Below are positions 1-14,100 of a DNA stretch of 64,000 nt, piece after piece (within the stretch, counting starts at the first letter, position 1; every line of letters starts with the position of its first letter). The notes beneath the pieces are model-generated. The model was given only the letters and a program-made list of their open reading frames with translations, searched no databases and was not told where the DNA came from. Made by a program: the position numbers and the translations under genes. This stretch comes from Macrostomum hystrix (taxonomy: Eukaryota > Animalia > Platyhelminthes), in contig CATNEN010000007.1 of the NCBI GenBank assembly GCA_950097015.1, positions 2,914,001-2,978,000 of the forward strand. The letters are read 5' to 3'.

Positions 1-1
1 G

Positions 2-505
2 TATGTGAGAGACTGCAGCTGCACTCGCATCAAGCAGGTGTTTGTGAAGCAGCAGTCGGGACTGCCACCCGGAGCTCTGTGTCCCGCCGGATTCGCTGAC
101 GACTTTTGTGGCACCAAGTACACGCTGTACTCTGGAATCGCAAAATGGGACTTAGCCAAGGCTGCTGTGGATGCGCTGCCCGGCCTCACAATCATGGCTG
201 ATGTAACTGACCTGACGGAAATGACTCACATTAATGCAATCGTGACCAGGGACAATCTGAGGAAAGTAATCACAGGAGGCTGGCAGGCCCCAGGCAGCTC
301 TGAGCCAGACGGTGGTTGGATCTGGGTGGTCTGCAACTCCAGCATCGACCCGAGTCTCTGGGCTGCACAGCAGCCCAGCAACTATTTAAATAAGGAGAAC
401 TATGTGTCCATCGGGTCGGGCGCATTCGGGCTGAACGATGACTCGAGAACTCATGTCCTCTACGCTGGAGTGCTTGTTGAATGTGTATCACCATTTTCTC
501 CGTGA
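2..505 (+). CDS. 3' portion (terminal exon, start outside window) of a C-type lectin-like domain protein
   Basis: Open frame from the window edge to TGA at 503-505. CTLD-like motif order: Y..W..A.., ITGGW, EPDGGWIW, W..QQPSN..E, GLNDD, VLVEC. Recognised by motif only; the canonical disulfide cysteines are absent. Confidence 0.65.
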   Translation, partial: YVRDCSCTRIKQVFVKQQSGLPPGALCPAGFADDFCGTKYTLYSGIAKWDLAKAAVDALPGLTIMADVTDLTEMTHINAIVTRDNLRKVITGGWQAPGSSEPDGGWIWVVCNSSIDPSLWAAQQPSNYLNKENYVSIGSGAFGLNDDSRTHVLYAGVLVECVSPFSP

Positions 506-949
506 CGCTTAGACGAAAAACTCGACCATTGTTTGATTTTGATAAGAGAGCTTGATTTATATAGCGAGAGAAAATTTATAGTTGAAATCTTGAGAATAGT
601 TTGCAAGCTTGGCTACCATATGCCCTACTGAAATTATTTTCTCGTCGCTGTCTGGAGTGAGTCACTAAATCAATGTTAAATAAATGTTCCTCTGGTACCT
701 GTGTACTGCTCGAATATTAGCAACTTTTTTAGAATCTCTGGTTGTTGAAAAACGAAACTATTGATAGCTGTTCATAGGTCGTGTTACAATAAGTAATAAA
801 CTAAAGACTTATTAAACTATTTAGCAAAGAAAACATAAGGTGAGAGGAACTAAGCGGTGAACGAGGGCTGAACGAGTTATTCTTTTGAAGCAGAAGTATG
901 CAAAAAGACTAAAGTTTTTCTAAATTCTGAAAAAATAGACATGCTTGCA

Positions 950-2494
<1,545 letters not shown>

Positions 2495-2670
2495 CTTGGT
2501 CAATAAAGTACTTAAAGAATAAGTGTGGGCAGATTCAACGGTGGGCTTGTACTTCAACCGAGTTTTACTAGTGGTTTGGCAGAGGGAACCCACGCTCGCG
2601 TCAATTTATGCCCTCTCGTCATGGCTGACCGGAGCGAACCGGAGTCGGGGATCTCTCGCGCATGCGAGTT

Positions 2671-2684
2671 GTTGCCATGGCAAC
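2671..2684. promoter_or_regulatory. RFX X-box, perfect palindrome GTTGCCATGGCAAC
   Basis: Exact 14-bp X-box consensus 177 bp upstream of the beta-tubulin ATG; a degenerate copy GCTGCTATGGCTAC lies at 2973-2986. Confidence 0.7.
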
Positions 2685-4732
2685 GCTTAATTTTGTGTTT
2701 TTTGCTGCATATGTCCTGGGAAGTCTAGTCGCTTAAAATGCTAGAATAATAGCAATAGTGAGGGGAGGTTGGGGTGGCTAGCGTTGCCTGGTAAAACTCA
2801 TCTCTGTGAACAGTGCGGACCTCCAACCTCCCTTACCTGTTGTCCTGGAGACTTATTTGACAGGAGTTTGTCAGAGAGAAAATGCATACCGCCTCCTCTG
2901 TTCAACTGTTTTCCCACAATCGCTTCCCATTGTCTTAAGTATTCTCTCTGCTAATTTAGAATAGAATTTGTTGCTGCTATGGCTACCGCGTGACAGGCGT
3001 ATCAGGACTTAGAGACGGATGAGGAAATCCCAAATGCTTGCACTAGCTCTAACGGCCTCGGAAATCCTACATATTTCGCCTATTCTCACGCCTACTCGCC
3101 TACACAAATTGCCTGCATCGTCCTATTCTTATATGTATTGTATTGGAAACCCCGAAAAGTCCAATAGGTCTCTCCAATACAATTTTGCGTTCCAGAGTTT
3201 GACAACTATGTTAATATCTGCCACCGCAAGTTACCATCTTGCCTCCAAACAATTCTGACGCGGCACCGACTGGAAATAAATACTCAGCAAATTATATCAA
3301 CGCATGTATCCATGTACATCGTCGACAGCTTGACCGATTTAAGAATTATTTGTAATGTTAACTGTAAAAAGCCAAGGACACCTTCAGGTGAAAATGCTGA
3401 GTTTCGGTGACGAGGTGAGACTGCTCGATTTTTCGACCGGTGACAGGTCAGCCTGTCACTATTTATGACATAAAGTGCTCCTTGTAGAAAAACAACAGCA
3501 AGAACAACTTACACTGTCAAAATAAAAAACTGAGTCTCAGCAGGGCGAACGAAGGCCGCACCTCCGGCAGAGTCCGGGGTGCGAGCTTCAGCTAGTAGGC
3601 AGTCGACGAAGCGCCGACTTCAGGCCTCACCGCGCCGGTAGGTTGCCTGCAGCGTGAGCAAGCAGCGTCTTCCCCGGCACTGGCTGGGGCAGTATATACG
3701 ACTAAGCTCCCGATTTCAACGATCATATGCATCTCGACAACATATGCAGTACAGGCAGGCATTGAGGCAACTCGAGCCGAAGGATGAGAATATTATATTA
3801 TTTTTGCGTAGGAAAAACAGATTGCATTGCAAACCTTAAATCTTAAATTGAAAAGAGCTCTTGTTGATTTCGGATTTTTGTATTATTCAAGGTCAAACGA
3901 ATTTCTTAAATAAACCAAAGCGCTAATCAACTTTACAAGAAATTTACAAACATAACACTGTATACTTGTAGAGACATAAGACCATAAATAAAATAAAAAC
4001 TAACATAACATAAAAAGTTGACTTCGTCTTGACTTTAGGTCCAGCTGTCAACAAAGCATCTTTATTTTTTATGTTTGTGCCTGAAAAGAAGATTAAAAAC
4101 CTAATGCCAAAACTCCTAAACCTAATGTACGACGTATAACATAATGTCAAACAAATTTTAAATCTAGTTTCAAGACTGCAAAAATTCTAGGATTAAAATC
4201 ATGGCTTTTCTATAGTCCAAGCCGGCCAATTCACCATATCTTTGACTATGGGATAAAAATTGTTATACCGCATGTCATTTTCTTAGATATTTTATTTCTT
4301 TTCAAGGAAATCTGGCATATGTTGGATGCTTGCTAGTTCCATGGTGAAACTTGTCACTATTAAATACTTTGTTGTAATTAAGTGAGAGAATTTTATGTGT
4401 CTGCCAATGACCTGTGGATATATGGTTTATTACAGTGCTCTAAATGATTTCAACTATGTGCTGACTGGCGGCGCAAGTACATCGTTCCAATAAATTGTGT
4501 TCCTCAATTGTTATCATATAGTGGAATGCACCATGTAGATTTCATTTCCAAACATTTAAAGTATACCAGTATGGCTGTCCTTGTGTGAATCCTACACGTT
4601 AATCCCATAATTTAGTTAAAAAAATAGGCCTAATAGTTTAGTTTTTTGCAAAATATGGCGTACATGCCTCTTTCTTTCTAACTACACTGCATACAAGGAA
4701 TATATAGCCAAATAGCCCACACTGGCCACATG

Positions 4733-4880
4733 CACATTACGAAATGTGTCCACAGTTTTCAAAATGTGTCCAAGAGTTTTTTAAAATGTGTCCAACAGTT
4801 TTCTAAATGTGTCCAACCACCGTTTTCTAAATCTGTCCAACAGTTTTCTAAATGTGTCCAACAGTTTTCTAAATGTGTAG
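4733..4880. repeat. About 21-bp tandem repeat (aaatgtgtccaacagttttct), about 6-7 copies
   Basis: Visible periodicity directly abutting the truncated end of the gag fragment. Confidence 0.8.
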
Positions 4881-5637
4881 AAATCCGCAGACACCAGCGC
4901 CATCCGAATGTCGCTGGGAAGTTGCTGACGGAATGTCTCCTCGAACAGCAGGCACGGTTTGTGATCGCCTAGCAGCGCCAGCATCTCGTCCATCAGCTCG
5001 GATGGGCGCCGGTCTCCTAGGCCGGAAAGGTTGAGCAGTCGGCTGGCGCGCTGCTGGCGTGTCAGGCTAAAGGTACCGAGCAGGCGGACCTTCAGTCGTT
5101 CTTACTTGTCGGACTCCGGAGGGCTCTCCAGAACGTCCAGCAAGCGTTCAGCGGTCTGCTGATCCAGGGCGGCGACCAGATGGCAATACTTGGTTTCCTC
5201 CTGGGTGATGCCGCGCAGGAGAAACTGGGCCTCCGCCTGGATGAACCAAGCCCGCGGTTGGGCTGCCCAGAATGTGGGCAGTTTCAGTGCTACCGAGTTT
5301 TCGGTTGTAGGGGCCATTGGAACGAAATGGCTGCGTCGGGCTCACCAATGTAGCCGAGTTGCCGAGTTGCCGGTTGCCGAGCAACCGAGTTGCCGGTAGC
5401 CGGGTTGCCGAGTTGGCAGCGCTAACGATTTCGTGTTTATTTGAGTTCGCAAAAAGGTGTGAGGGCTCTGTGCCCGAGACAAAGAGCCTTATAAAGGCCA
5501 GCGCGACTTCTCCATGTCCCCAACCCCACTAAGGATCGCAAACCAATGCGACGCCCGAGCAAGGGTGACGCATCCGCCCAGACAGTGGTGTGATGTCTGG
5601 GGCCGGCTGTCTGGGGTAGAATGCACTCTCCGCCACA
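4880..5637 (-). mobile_element. Ty3/gypsy LTR retrotransposon 5' remnant: LTR (5637-5349), PBS, truncated gag
   Basis: Gag-like LKLPTFWAAQPRAWFIQAEAQF...LGDRRPSELMDEML with an in-frame TAA at 5102. On the minus strand the putative LTR runs TGTGGC...GCTACA and contains TATA- and AATAAA-like motifs. It is followed 1 nt later by TGGTGAGCCCGACG, similar to a tRNA-Trp-type primer binding site. Confidence 0.8.
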
Positions 5638-5933
5638 ATCCTAGTTTTTGTCTAATAACCTCACCAAAAATTACCATAGACAACACATTCCCGGCTCAGA
5701 ATAGTACAATTTTTTAACGATTAAATAAGCAATCGTATTTTATATCCTTTATAACATCGTTTTAAAACACAATTTTATCGAACGATTCGGCCTTAGACCA
5801 TAGACAAAACAGAAGAAGAGAGTTAATTGCCGTCGGACCTCCCTCACTTTATTCAGGCAGAAACACAGCTGAAAGATTTAGTTTTAATCGCGTGCACTTT
5901 TTCTACTCAAAGCAGATAGCAGCAATCATAAGC

Positions 5934-7058
5934 ATGTCGGCCCCCTGCTCTCTGTTCAGCCAGAGCCTCAAAGCTCCCCAGAAGCGGATTATGCCCAATC
6001 GATTTCTTCGATCGGCAGGGTTGCCAGAAGGTGCCGCTGCTCGTCTGCCGCAGCGATTATTCTCTAGAAACAACAACTCGTCTTCGACTGCCCATGGACC
6101 GCAGCAGCCATGGCAGGAGCGGCAGCAGCAATTAGTTGTCGGGAACCTGCCCTACGTGCCGAGCTCGGTTCACTGCCCGATCGAGCTGAACCCTATCACA
6201 AATTCTCTAGGCGAGTTCGTGCCATTTGCCAACGCTCTGCGCAGCGTTCGCAGTCGCTGTCTGCCCACGGACATTGGCAACCGATTCGACGCAGATGACG
6301 AATTTGAATGGCTGGATCAGGCCAACAACAGCTCCGGTGAGTCTAGCTCGCGCAAGTTGGCCGCCAAGGAGGCCGCCAGGCGAGATACCGACAATTATTT
6401 CTTCATGTATTTTCGCATCCGCATGGACAACTATGTGGCACTGGTGACGGCACTGAAGCAGAGCTGCAAGGATGAGAGCATCTTCAACGAGGAGAACTTG
6501 GACCGCTGGACGCACAAATACAAGTTCAAAGTCCGTCGTTTTTCGCCGCTTAAGAAGGTAAGCCTTGCTCAGCACTTTTCAGCCTTTAGACTTGATGGCA
6601 ATTTCAGCTGCGGAATATCCCAGTTACGATTCAACCTTAAATATATTCGTTTTTTGCACAAGCTAATCATATTAAAAATATCTAACACATTTCGCCAGGT
6701 TCTGATGGCCTTCTCCAGTCGAATGGGCCTCGAAGGCGACCCGGATGTGATGTACTGCATCGACGGCTTCTACGGGGACGCTTTCTCCGGCCGGACATTT
6801 AACAGACACGAGGTGCCAAACAACCGTGTCCTGCCAGCCAACAACTGCATGGCAAGCAGGCTCAAGAACGGCTCCAGCATCTTTGTCAGCCGGATCAATG
6901 ACGCTGAGCGCAAGAACGCCGTCGCGCAGCTGCAGTTGGATCTGATGCGTGGCAACGAGCCATCAGATGACGAAGAAGACGAGACGAAGGCATCAGCTGC
7001 CACGGGAACAACAGGGGAACAAACTGACTCTAGCAATAAAAATGAAACTCAAAACTAA
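5934..7058 (+). CDS. Uncharacterised protein (about 327 aa) with a SUMO/ubiquitin-like domain; 2 exons 5934-6557, 6699-7058
   Basis: ATG at 5934; GTAAGC donor at 6558 and CAG acceptor at 6698 (141-bp, AT-richer intron). The spliced segment FKVRRFSPLKK|VLMAFSSRMGL...YCIDG...LKNGSSIFV resembles SUMO FKVKxTTPLxKLMxAYCxRQGL...FDG...MEDGDxIxV. Confidence 0.7.
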   Translation: MSAPCSLFSQSLKAPQKRIMPNRFLRSAGLPEGAAARLPQRLFSRNNNSSSTAHGPQQPWQERQQQLVVGNLPYVPSSVHCPIELNPITNSLGEFVPFANALRSVRSRCLPTDIGNRFDADDEFEWLDQANNSSGESSSRKLAAKEAARRDTDNYFFMYFRIRMDNYVALVTALKQSCKDESIFNEENLDRWTHKYKFKVRRFSPLKKVSLAQHFSAFRLDGNFSCGISQLRFNLKYIRFLHKLIILKISNTFRQVLMAFSSRMGLEGDPDVMYCIDGFYGDAFSGRTFNRHEVPNNRVLPANNCMASRLKNGSSIFVSRINDAERKNAVAQLQLDLMRGNEPSDDEEDETKASAATGTTGEQTDSSNKNETQN

Positions 7059-7834
7059 ACGGGCTGGAACCAGCACTGAACCAGCACTGTTGCATGCACA
7101 GTTCTGATTGGTTGGTCAAAATGCATTCATTTCTATGTATTGGAGTTGCAATAGTAGCTTCTCTGACAGTCTTTGATCAATCCCATTTATTTTATTTTTT
7201 GGGATAAAATTAATTTTGGGAGTTTTTTTTCGCAGCCCGAGAACTCCTGTCATTTTGTTTGAATTTAAATTACACCTACTCCCAGGGTCTAGTGTTTTAG
7301 CAACGACATGCAAAGCATAAACTTTAAACAGAACCCCCTCACACAATTTTCTGTTGCTTTAGAGCAGCTCTATAAAATGTAAATAAAATATACTGGCATT
7401 TCTGACCCGAAAACTTGTTTCCAGAACGATAATAGTATAGACATCGCTATAATCAATATCCTGACTTACTGAAAGCGTTTTTATTTCAAAGAAGCATTTC
7501 TTTCTAGAGCATATCAAAGAGGCATTCTCGAGATATTGAAATATATATTTAATATTGCATGCGCTTGGTTAAATAATTGTCTCAAAAACTGGTCTTGAAT
7601 GCACAAAGAACCATTAATAAGCGAATGTTACAAATATTAGTATGAGCAAAGAGCCGTGTTGTCCCGGTTAATTAGTAAAAAAACTATAACCAAAGATAGT
7701 TTAATCTATACGAGTGGTGTTTCGCGAAAGCGAAACTGAATGAACTGATTTCAATTTGATTGAAACTCTGTTGGTTTATTTTTAACTATTCAAGAGCAAC
7801 TATATAAAACATAGTATACTCGTATTTAGACGCT

Positions 7835-8990
7835 CGCTCGTCCTTGGCTAAGGTCTGCGATGCCCCATGCCTGCAGTTCACTCTTGAGCAGGTCATGGCA
7901 GGAGGGTGCAATCCTTCCACGCTGTCCCATCAGCTGATCGATGGTTACACGTCCCGCGAGTGTTCAAGGCTGACCCCAGGGCAGCCGGACAGAATGGTCA
8001 ACAGCGCTGGACGACCCATCCAGAGCCTCTGGCCGAAATGGGTACCCCGTGCCACGGCTGAGGGAAAGGTGTCACCCTTCAACCTCAACAGGGTATGCAA
8101 GTCCGCAGCGTTCATACACCTTTGCGTGATCAGTTACCTCTGGCTACGGCTCTGAGGGAATCCAGCTCGATCTCCAGCTCGTCCGCCTTTCTGACGTCCT
8201 CGTCCGCGGGTGAAGTCTCTGGTTGCCGTCTCGACACGACAGCAGGTCGGTCTTTAAGGACACCCGAACTTCTGAAAGTCCGGGCGGCCCAGCAGGCTTG
8301 TGCTGCCTTCCGCGACTTGGAAGCAGACTGCGGTCGTCTTGTCCCGGAACGTAACTTGCAGCGTCGCGGTGCCGTACGTCTTGATTCGGGATCCGCCGTA
8401 GGCTGTGAGCAGTGCTGGCGGCTCCTGTCCGAGGGCCGCGTGCTGCTGAACTCTCTGGAAGTCGGACCGGCTGATCACTGATACTGCGGCGTCGCTGTCC
8501 AGCGTCAACCTCACCGGCTTGCCACCGACGGTGCACTCGATCGTGTGGGCAGCGACCGAGCTCGGGTCCTTGACGTGCAGGATGGTGCCCACGTCTTCAG
8601 TGACCGCTGCCACAGTCCTGCTTTAGCACACGGCAGCGAAATGGCTGGGCCTGTTGCATTTGCTGCACTTCTTGTCTGCTGCTGGACACTTGTGTTCCTT
8701 GCTGTACTGGCCGCCGCAGCGCCTGCACTTTTCGCTGTCCTTGTGAGCCTTATTGGTGGATCTACACTGCCATGGTCAGACCGGCTGTCTCGTACGCATG
8801 ATTATGCGTATAGGTAGCAGCCATCTGCCCCTTTCGACGGCCTCAACGCCTTCCTAAATATCCTCCCGCTTGATCGATATATCCGCGGCGAGGCCGTAAA
8901 AACCACCTGGCACCTCTGGGTGCGCTTAAATTCACACCTTACGGCGCCGAAGCGAAAGCTCACGCCGCAAATGGACCTCTGCCTTAACGG
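7835..8990 (-). mobile_element. Degenerate Ty3/gypsy gag-pol fragment (zinc knuckle, aspartic protease, RT N-terminus)
   Basis: CRRCGGQYSKEHKCPAADKKCSKCNRPSHFAAVC knuckle at about 8720-8620; protease VRLTLDSDAAVSVIS (DSG mutated to DSD); frameshifted RT remnants (DLSQG) near 7860. Multiple stops and frameshifts. Confidence 0.85.
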
Positions 8991-9029
8991 ACCTGTGGAT
9001 GTGAAACGGAATCACCGTCCTAACAGATG

Positions 9030-9755
9030 CGGAACCGCGCACACTCAACCTCCTGCAGCGCTACAAGGTTCTCATCCCCTCCAGGGAGCAAGCTACTGAC
9101 CACTGGAGAGCCCAGCAGGTCCATGAAAGACGGTAATGCCGGCTTCGGGGTCTGCATTCTGGTCAACGGGCGCGTCATTGCCACTCACGCCCAACACACT
9201 GGGAAATCTTCCAGTGTCTTTCAAAACGAAGTCTTGGCCATCAGCTCCTGTGCCGGGGAGCAGAGCCAAAAGAATATATCTGGCAGGACAATCATCCTTC
9301 ACTCCGACAGTCAGGCTGCATTGCAGGCCATCTGTCATACTTCTACCTCTTGGACAGTCTCCGACTATGTCCGAAAGCCTAACAAACTGGCTGGTAAAAA
9401 CACCGCCAGACTCCGATGGATATCAGGGCATTCCGGCTTTCCTGGAAATGAACTTGCCGAATCCCAGACAAGGCAGGGAGGCGCCAGCTCCGCGTTGGGT
9501 CCGGACCCACCGGCCCCCATCTCGAACATATGGATGACGTTTGCAGATCCGAGAACATCTCACGTCTCCGAGAACATCTTTCTTCCCTAGCGAGGAACAC
9601 GCTGCGGGTAGGACCGGCAACGGACCTCCTAGACTGGCCCCGCACCATCGGCTGAAGCGGGATTTTCAGGGATTAGCGAAATGGGTGTTTGGTGTTTGCC
9701 GCCTCCCCGCTGAGTCTTCGGACCGCCCTGCAGCTAAGTCAAGTAAGTCAAGTAT
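9030..9755 (+). mobile_element. 5'-truncated non-LTR retrotransposon (LINE) remnant with an RNase H domain and a 3' short-repeat tail
   Basis: DGNAGFGV...SSVFQNEVLAI...IILHSDSQAALQAI...LRWISGHSGFPGNELA is the typical non-LTR RNase HI motif series. The element ends in ctaagtcaagtaagtcaagt at about 9733-9752. Confidence 0.85.
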
Positions 9756-11107
9756 ATTTAGATATTTTTGCGAAAGTTTTTTAAAACTAAAGTTAATAAT
9801 ACCGCACTGAGTAGTAACTACGTTTGAATATCAAATTAATTACAGTTGTTAAGTTGTTAAACATCAAATGAAATTCTTGCTTTGCAAATTATAACAAAAC
9901 AAAATGTCGTATTAGTTATAGGAGATATCTAGTAAATTAGTAAGTAAATTTTGCCATTCTCTTAAGTTAGTGTTATATATTTATAAACATATCTTTATAG
10001 TTTTACATTTGCAGCGTCTCTCAACGATGGTCGCTACCTATTTTTCAAGTGAATGCATTCGAATGATTTTAATTAACACATGATTCTTATCATACTCGTA
10101 CAACCATCTCAAAGTGATGTCTCAAGTCAAGCTTCAGGAAAGCATCATGTAAGCAAGTAAAATTGTTTTTTTAACTGTTGCATCTTTTATGCGCCATCTG
10201 ACGCTGCCTCTCTGACTTTTGGGGCTAGCGTCTCTTGTTGTTGTTGTTGTTGTTATGTATATAAATATTTAAATACACAGTAGTAGTTGTGAATTAGTTA
10301 TAAAGTATTCGATCAGCTATTTGCGTGGCTTGAGTTTTTTAGAATTTTAGGCTTTTAAAAAAAATCACATTAAATATTTAATTAAAATCACAATATCTAT
10401 ATGGTGATAATGTTATACAAGATTTTAGCTTCGGATTAGAACATTAATAAAATCGTTGAATTTAAACATGAGACAACATGACTTAAACTAGACTTTAAAC
10501 ATTACTTTTAATATGTAGATAGTGTATTATTGTTGACTACAGACACTTATTTGTTATTAAGATCAATAAAAAGTCAGAAAAAAATAAAAGATTAAGCAGT
10601 TTCACTTTGGAACTGTCACAGTTAGATTTTTTTATTTAAGCAGGCCCATGTCGATGTATTTTTTGCTAGTGGTAAAGTTTCAGATATTAGGATTTCACAG
10701 TGAGTCTGATGTTGGAATTGAAAAATCATTTTAGGCTTTATAGATCCTATATCATTTTTCTTGAAAACCTGAACAACAACTTTTACCATGTAAAAAGAAT
10801 GTGAAATTGACTAGCTTTTACTTCTATTTGATTATTGAAGTAAAAGTATATATTTGTTAAACCACACAGTTAAACTATTAACAACATTGGAGATAACTCA
10901 TATGCATGAACCTAGTAATCTAAGGTCTATGCATTGGTCATTCAGACACTTTGGTAGTTAGTGAGATCACATTTTTTGTTTACATTTACCTTCCAAACAA
11001 TCAAAAGTTCGTGTTAAATGATTCCGCATGATGCGAGAAATTTTCCCTCCGCCAACATAAACTTGACCAGAACCAGCGGGAGGCCGGTCGGCGCAGTCGG
11101 ACAAAGC

Positions 11108-14100
11108 ATGGTGGGCGCCTCTAAGAAGCCGCGCCAGTCTCGCAAGGGTTTCTACGCCTCCGGCCTCTACGCCTCGAGGGCCACCAGCGGCGTCTCGTCG
11201 CGCAAATCCGGCGAAGAGAAAAGCGTCTGGAGCAAATATCCGCGGCTGCCGAATGACCAAGGAGGGGAGGACACACCGAAGCCATTGCTAGACGACGACA
11301 AGAAGGTGTCATACGATACGAAGGATACGGTGAGCACCATGGGTCACGTGACTTCCTGCCCATTCTGAGCCAGAGTTGCCTCACTGTGAATCTCTCAAAC
11401 CTTGCAGCCATCCGAACTGGCCTCGCAGTCGCAGAGCTCGCAGCTGCAGCTCCAGCCGGAGAAGAGCAGCATCGGCTTGGGCAGCCGTTCCATCCAAAGC
11501 AGCAGCGTCGTCTCCATCGGCTCCGATTACGGCGACGACTACGGCGATCGGGGCAGCGCCGACCAGCTGCACTGGACCGAGATGAAGACGCTCAGAGACC
11601 AGGCCGAGTCGCCGCTGACAGAAGCCGATCTTGAAACTCCTGTGGATATCGAGATCAGCGAGACTGACACCATCTGGCTGCTAGACATCAAGCCCAGGCT
11701 CGTCAACCCAGAGACAGACGGCGACCTGGCCGAGCTTGTCAAACAGCGCAACGCGGCCTACAAAGCGCTGCTGGCCGACAAGGTTGGGGAATCCCTCCGG
11801 ATTCTATAAATAGCATCTTTTAACAGTAGAAAGACCACGGGGGAACAGGACAGATCCGATTGGAGTTAGTATGCTCTGTGAACTGAAAAGTTTTAGGAAA
11901 CTAAATCAATCCATCTCAACACTAGGTGGGCAACGATAAGTACGTGGCTCGCGAAATGAACACCCTGGAGGCCACCAGGATGACGAAGCCCTGTCAGACC
12001 GACGAGATTGGCCGAGTCGAATTCGGCAACACAGCCAGCGGCTGGGACATGTACGACTCCTTCCAGGCCCAGCTGGAGAAGGACAAGGGGGATCGATTCG
12101 AGAAGAAAGACGACGGCGAACAGGCGAAAGACAGCGAGCAGCAGATGGACGAAATCTTGGATGACAACCGGCGTCCGCTGGAGCCAACTTCGAAGTCACC
12201 TGCCGCAGGTGGGCGCATTTGTTAAACTGATTGAATGGGTTTAAGTGTATTAATTAGCATGTGCATTATCGACTCCGGAGAGGTGGGTGCAGAGGGTTGA
12301 ACGGGTTGGGGTAGAAAAGTAGCGTGCACAAAAAAAAGAAAAATATTATTCAATCGATGAAACTCAAGACAATACGATTATGCGTCTCTAAACCAAGAGC
12401 TTTAGTGGCCCTTTGGGTGTCTTTGTAGAGAGCTGAGTGCTCTGAATCAGGGCTTTTTTGTGTGTTCTAAGTGGATTGGTGAGTGCTCTAATTGGGTTTT
12501 GTGTGTTCTAAGTGAATTGGTGAGTGCTCTAATTGGGTTTTGTGTGTTCTAAGTGGATTGGTGAGTGCTCTAATTGGGTTTTGTGTGTTCTAAGTGAATT
12601 GGTGAGTGCTCTAATTGGGTTTTGTGTGTTCTAAGTGAATTGGTGAGTGCTCTAATTGGGTTTTGTGTGTTCTAAGTGAATTGGTGAGTGCTCTAATTGG
12701 GTTTTGTGTGTTCTAAGTGAATTGGTGAGTGCTCTAATTGGGTTTTGTGTGTTATAAGTGAATTGGTGAGTGTTCTAATTGGGTTTTGTGTGTTCTAAGT
12801 GGATTGGTGAGTGCTCTAATTGGGTTTTGTGTGTTATAAGTGAATTGGTGAGTGTTCTAATTGGGTTTTGTGTGTTATAAGTGAATTGGTGAGTGTTCTA
12901 ATTGGGTTTTGTGTGTTCTAAGTGAATTGGTGAGTGTTCTAATTGGGTTTTGTGTGTTCTAAGTGAATTGGTGAGTGCTCTAATTGGGTTTTGTGTGTTC
13001 TAAGTGAATTGGTGAGTGCTCTAATTGGGTTTTGTGTGTTCTAAGTGGATTGGTGAGTGCTCTAATTGGGTTTTGTGTGTTCTAGGTGAATTGGTGAGTG
13101 CTCTAATTGGGTTTTGTGTGTTCTAAGTGGATTGGTGAGTGTTCTAATGGGGTTTTGTGTGTTATAAGTGGATTGGTGAGTGCTCTAATTGGGTTTTGTG
13201 TGTTCTAGGTGAATTGGTGAGTGCTCTAATTGGGTTTTGTGTGTTCTAAGTGGATTGGTGAGTGTTCTAATTGGGTTTTGTGTGTTATAAGTGGATTGGT
13301 GAGTGTTCTAATGGGGTTTTGTGTGTTATAAGTGAATTGGTGAGTGCTCTAATTGGGTTTTGTGTGTTATAAGTGGATTGGTGAGTGTTCTAATGGGGTT
13401 TTGTGTGTTATAAGTGAATTGGTGAGTGTTCTAATTGGGTTTTGTGTGTTCTAAGTGGATTGGTGAGTGCTCTAATTGGGTTTTGTGTGTTATAAGTGGA
13501 TTGGTGAGTGTTCTAATTGGGTTTTGTGTGTTATAAGTGAATTGGTGAGTGTTCTAATTGGGTTTTGTGTGTTCTAGGTGAATTGGTGAGTGTTCTAATG
13601 GGGTTTTGTGTGTTATAAGTGAATTGGTGAGTGTTCTAATGGGGTTTTGTGTGTTATAAGTGAATTGGTGAGTGTTCTAATTGGGTTTTGTGTGTTATAA
13701 GTGAATTGGTGAGTGTTCTAATGGGGTTTTGTGTGTTCTAAGTGAATTGGTGAGTGTTCTAATGGGGTTTTGTGTGTTCTAAGTGAATTGGTGAGTGTTC
13801 TAATTGGGTTTTGTGTGTTCTAAGTGGATTGGTGAGTGTTCTAATTGGGTTTTGTGTGTTATAAGTGAATTGGTGAGTGTTCTAACTGGGTTTTGTGTGT
13901 TCTAAGTGGATTGGTGAGTGTTCTAATTGGGTTTTGTGTGTTATAAGTGAATTGGTGAGTGTTCTAATTGGGTTTTGTGTGTTCTTAGTGAATTGGTGAG
14001 TGTTCTAACTGGGTTTCGTGTGTTCTAAGTGGATTGGTGAGTGTTCTAACTGGGTTTCGTGTGTTCTTAGTGAATTGGTGAGTGTTCTAACTGGGTTTCG

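Noticed and set aside
4150-4730. Possible DNA-transposon coding remnant next to the 21-bp repeats
   Set aside because: No recognisable transposase motif in the frames I examined and no matching inverted end found.
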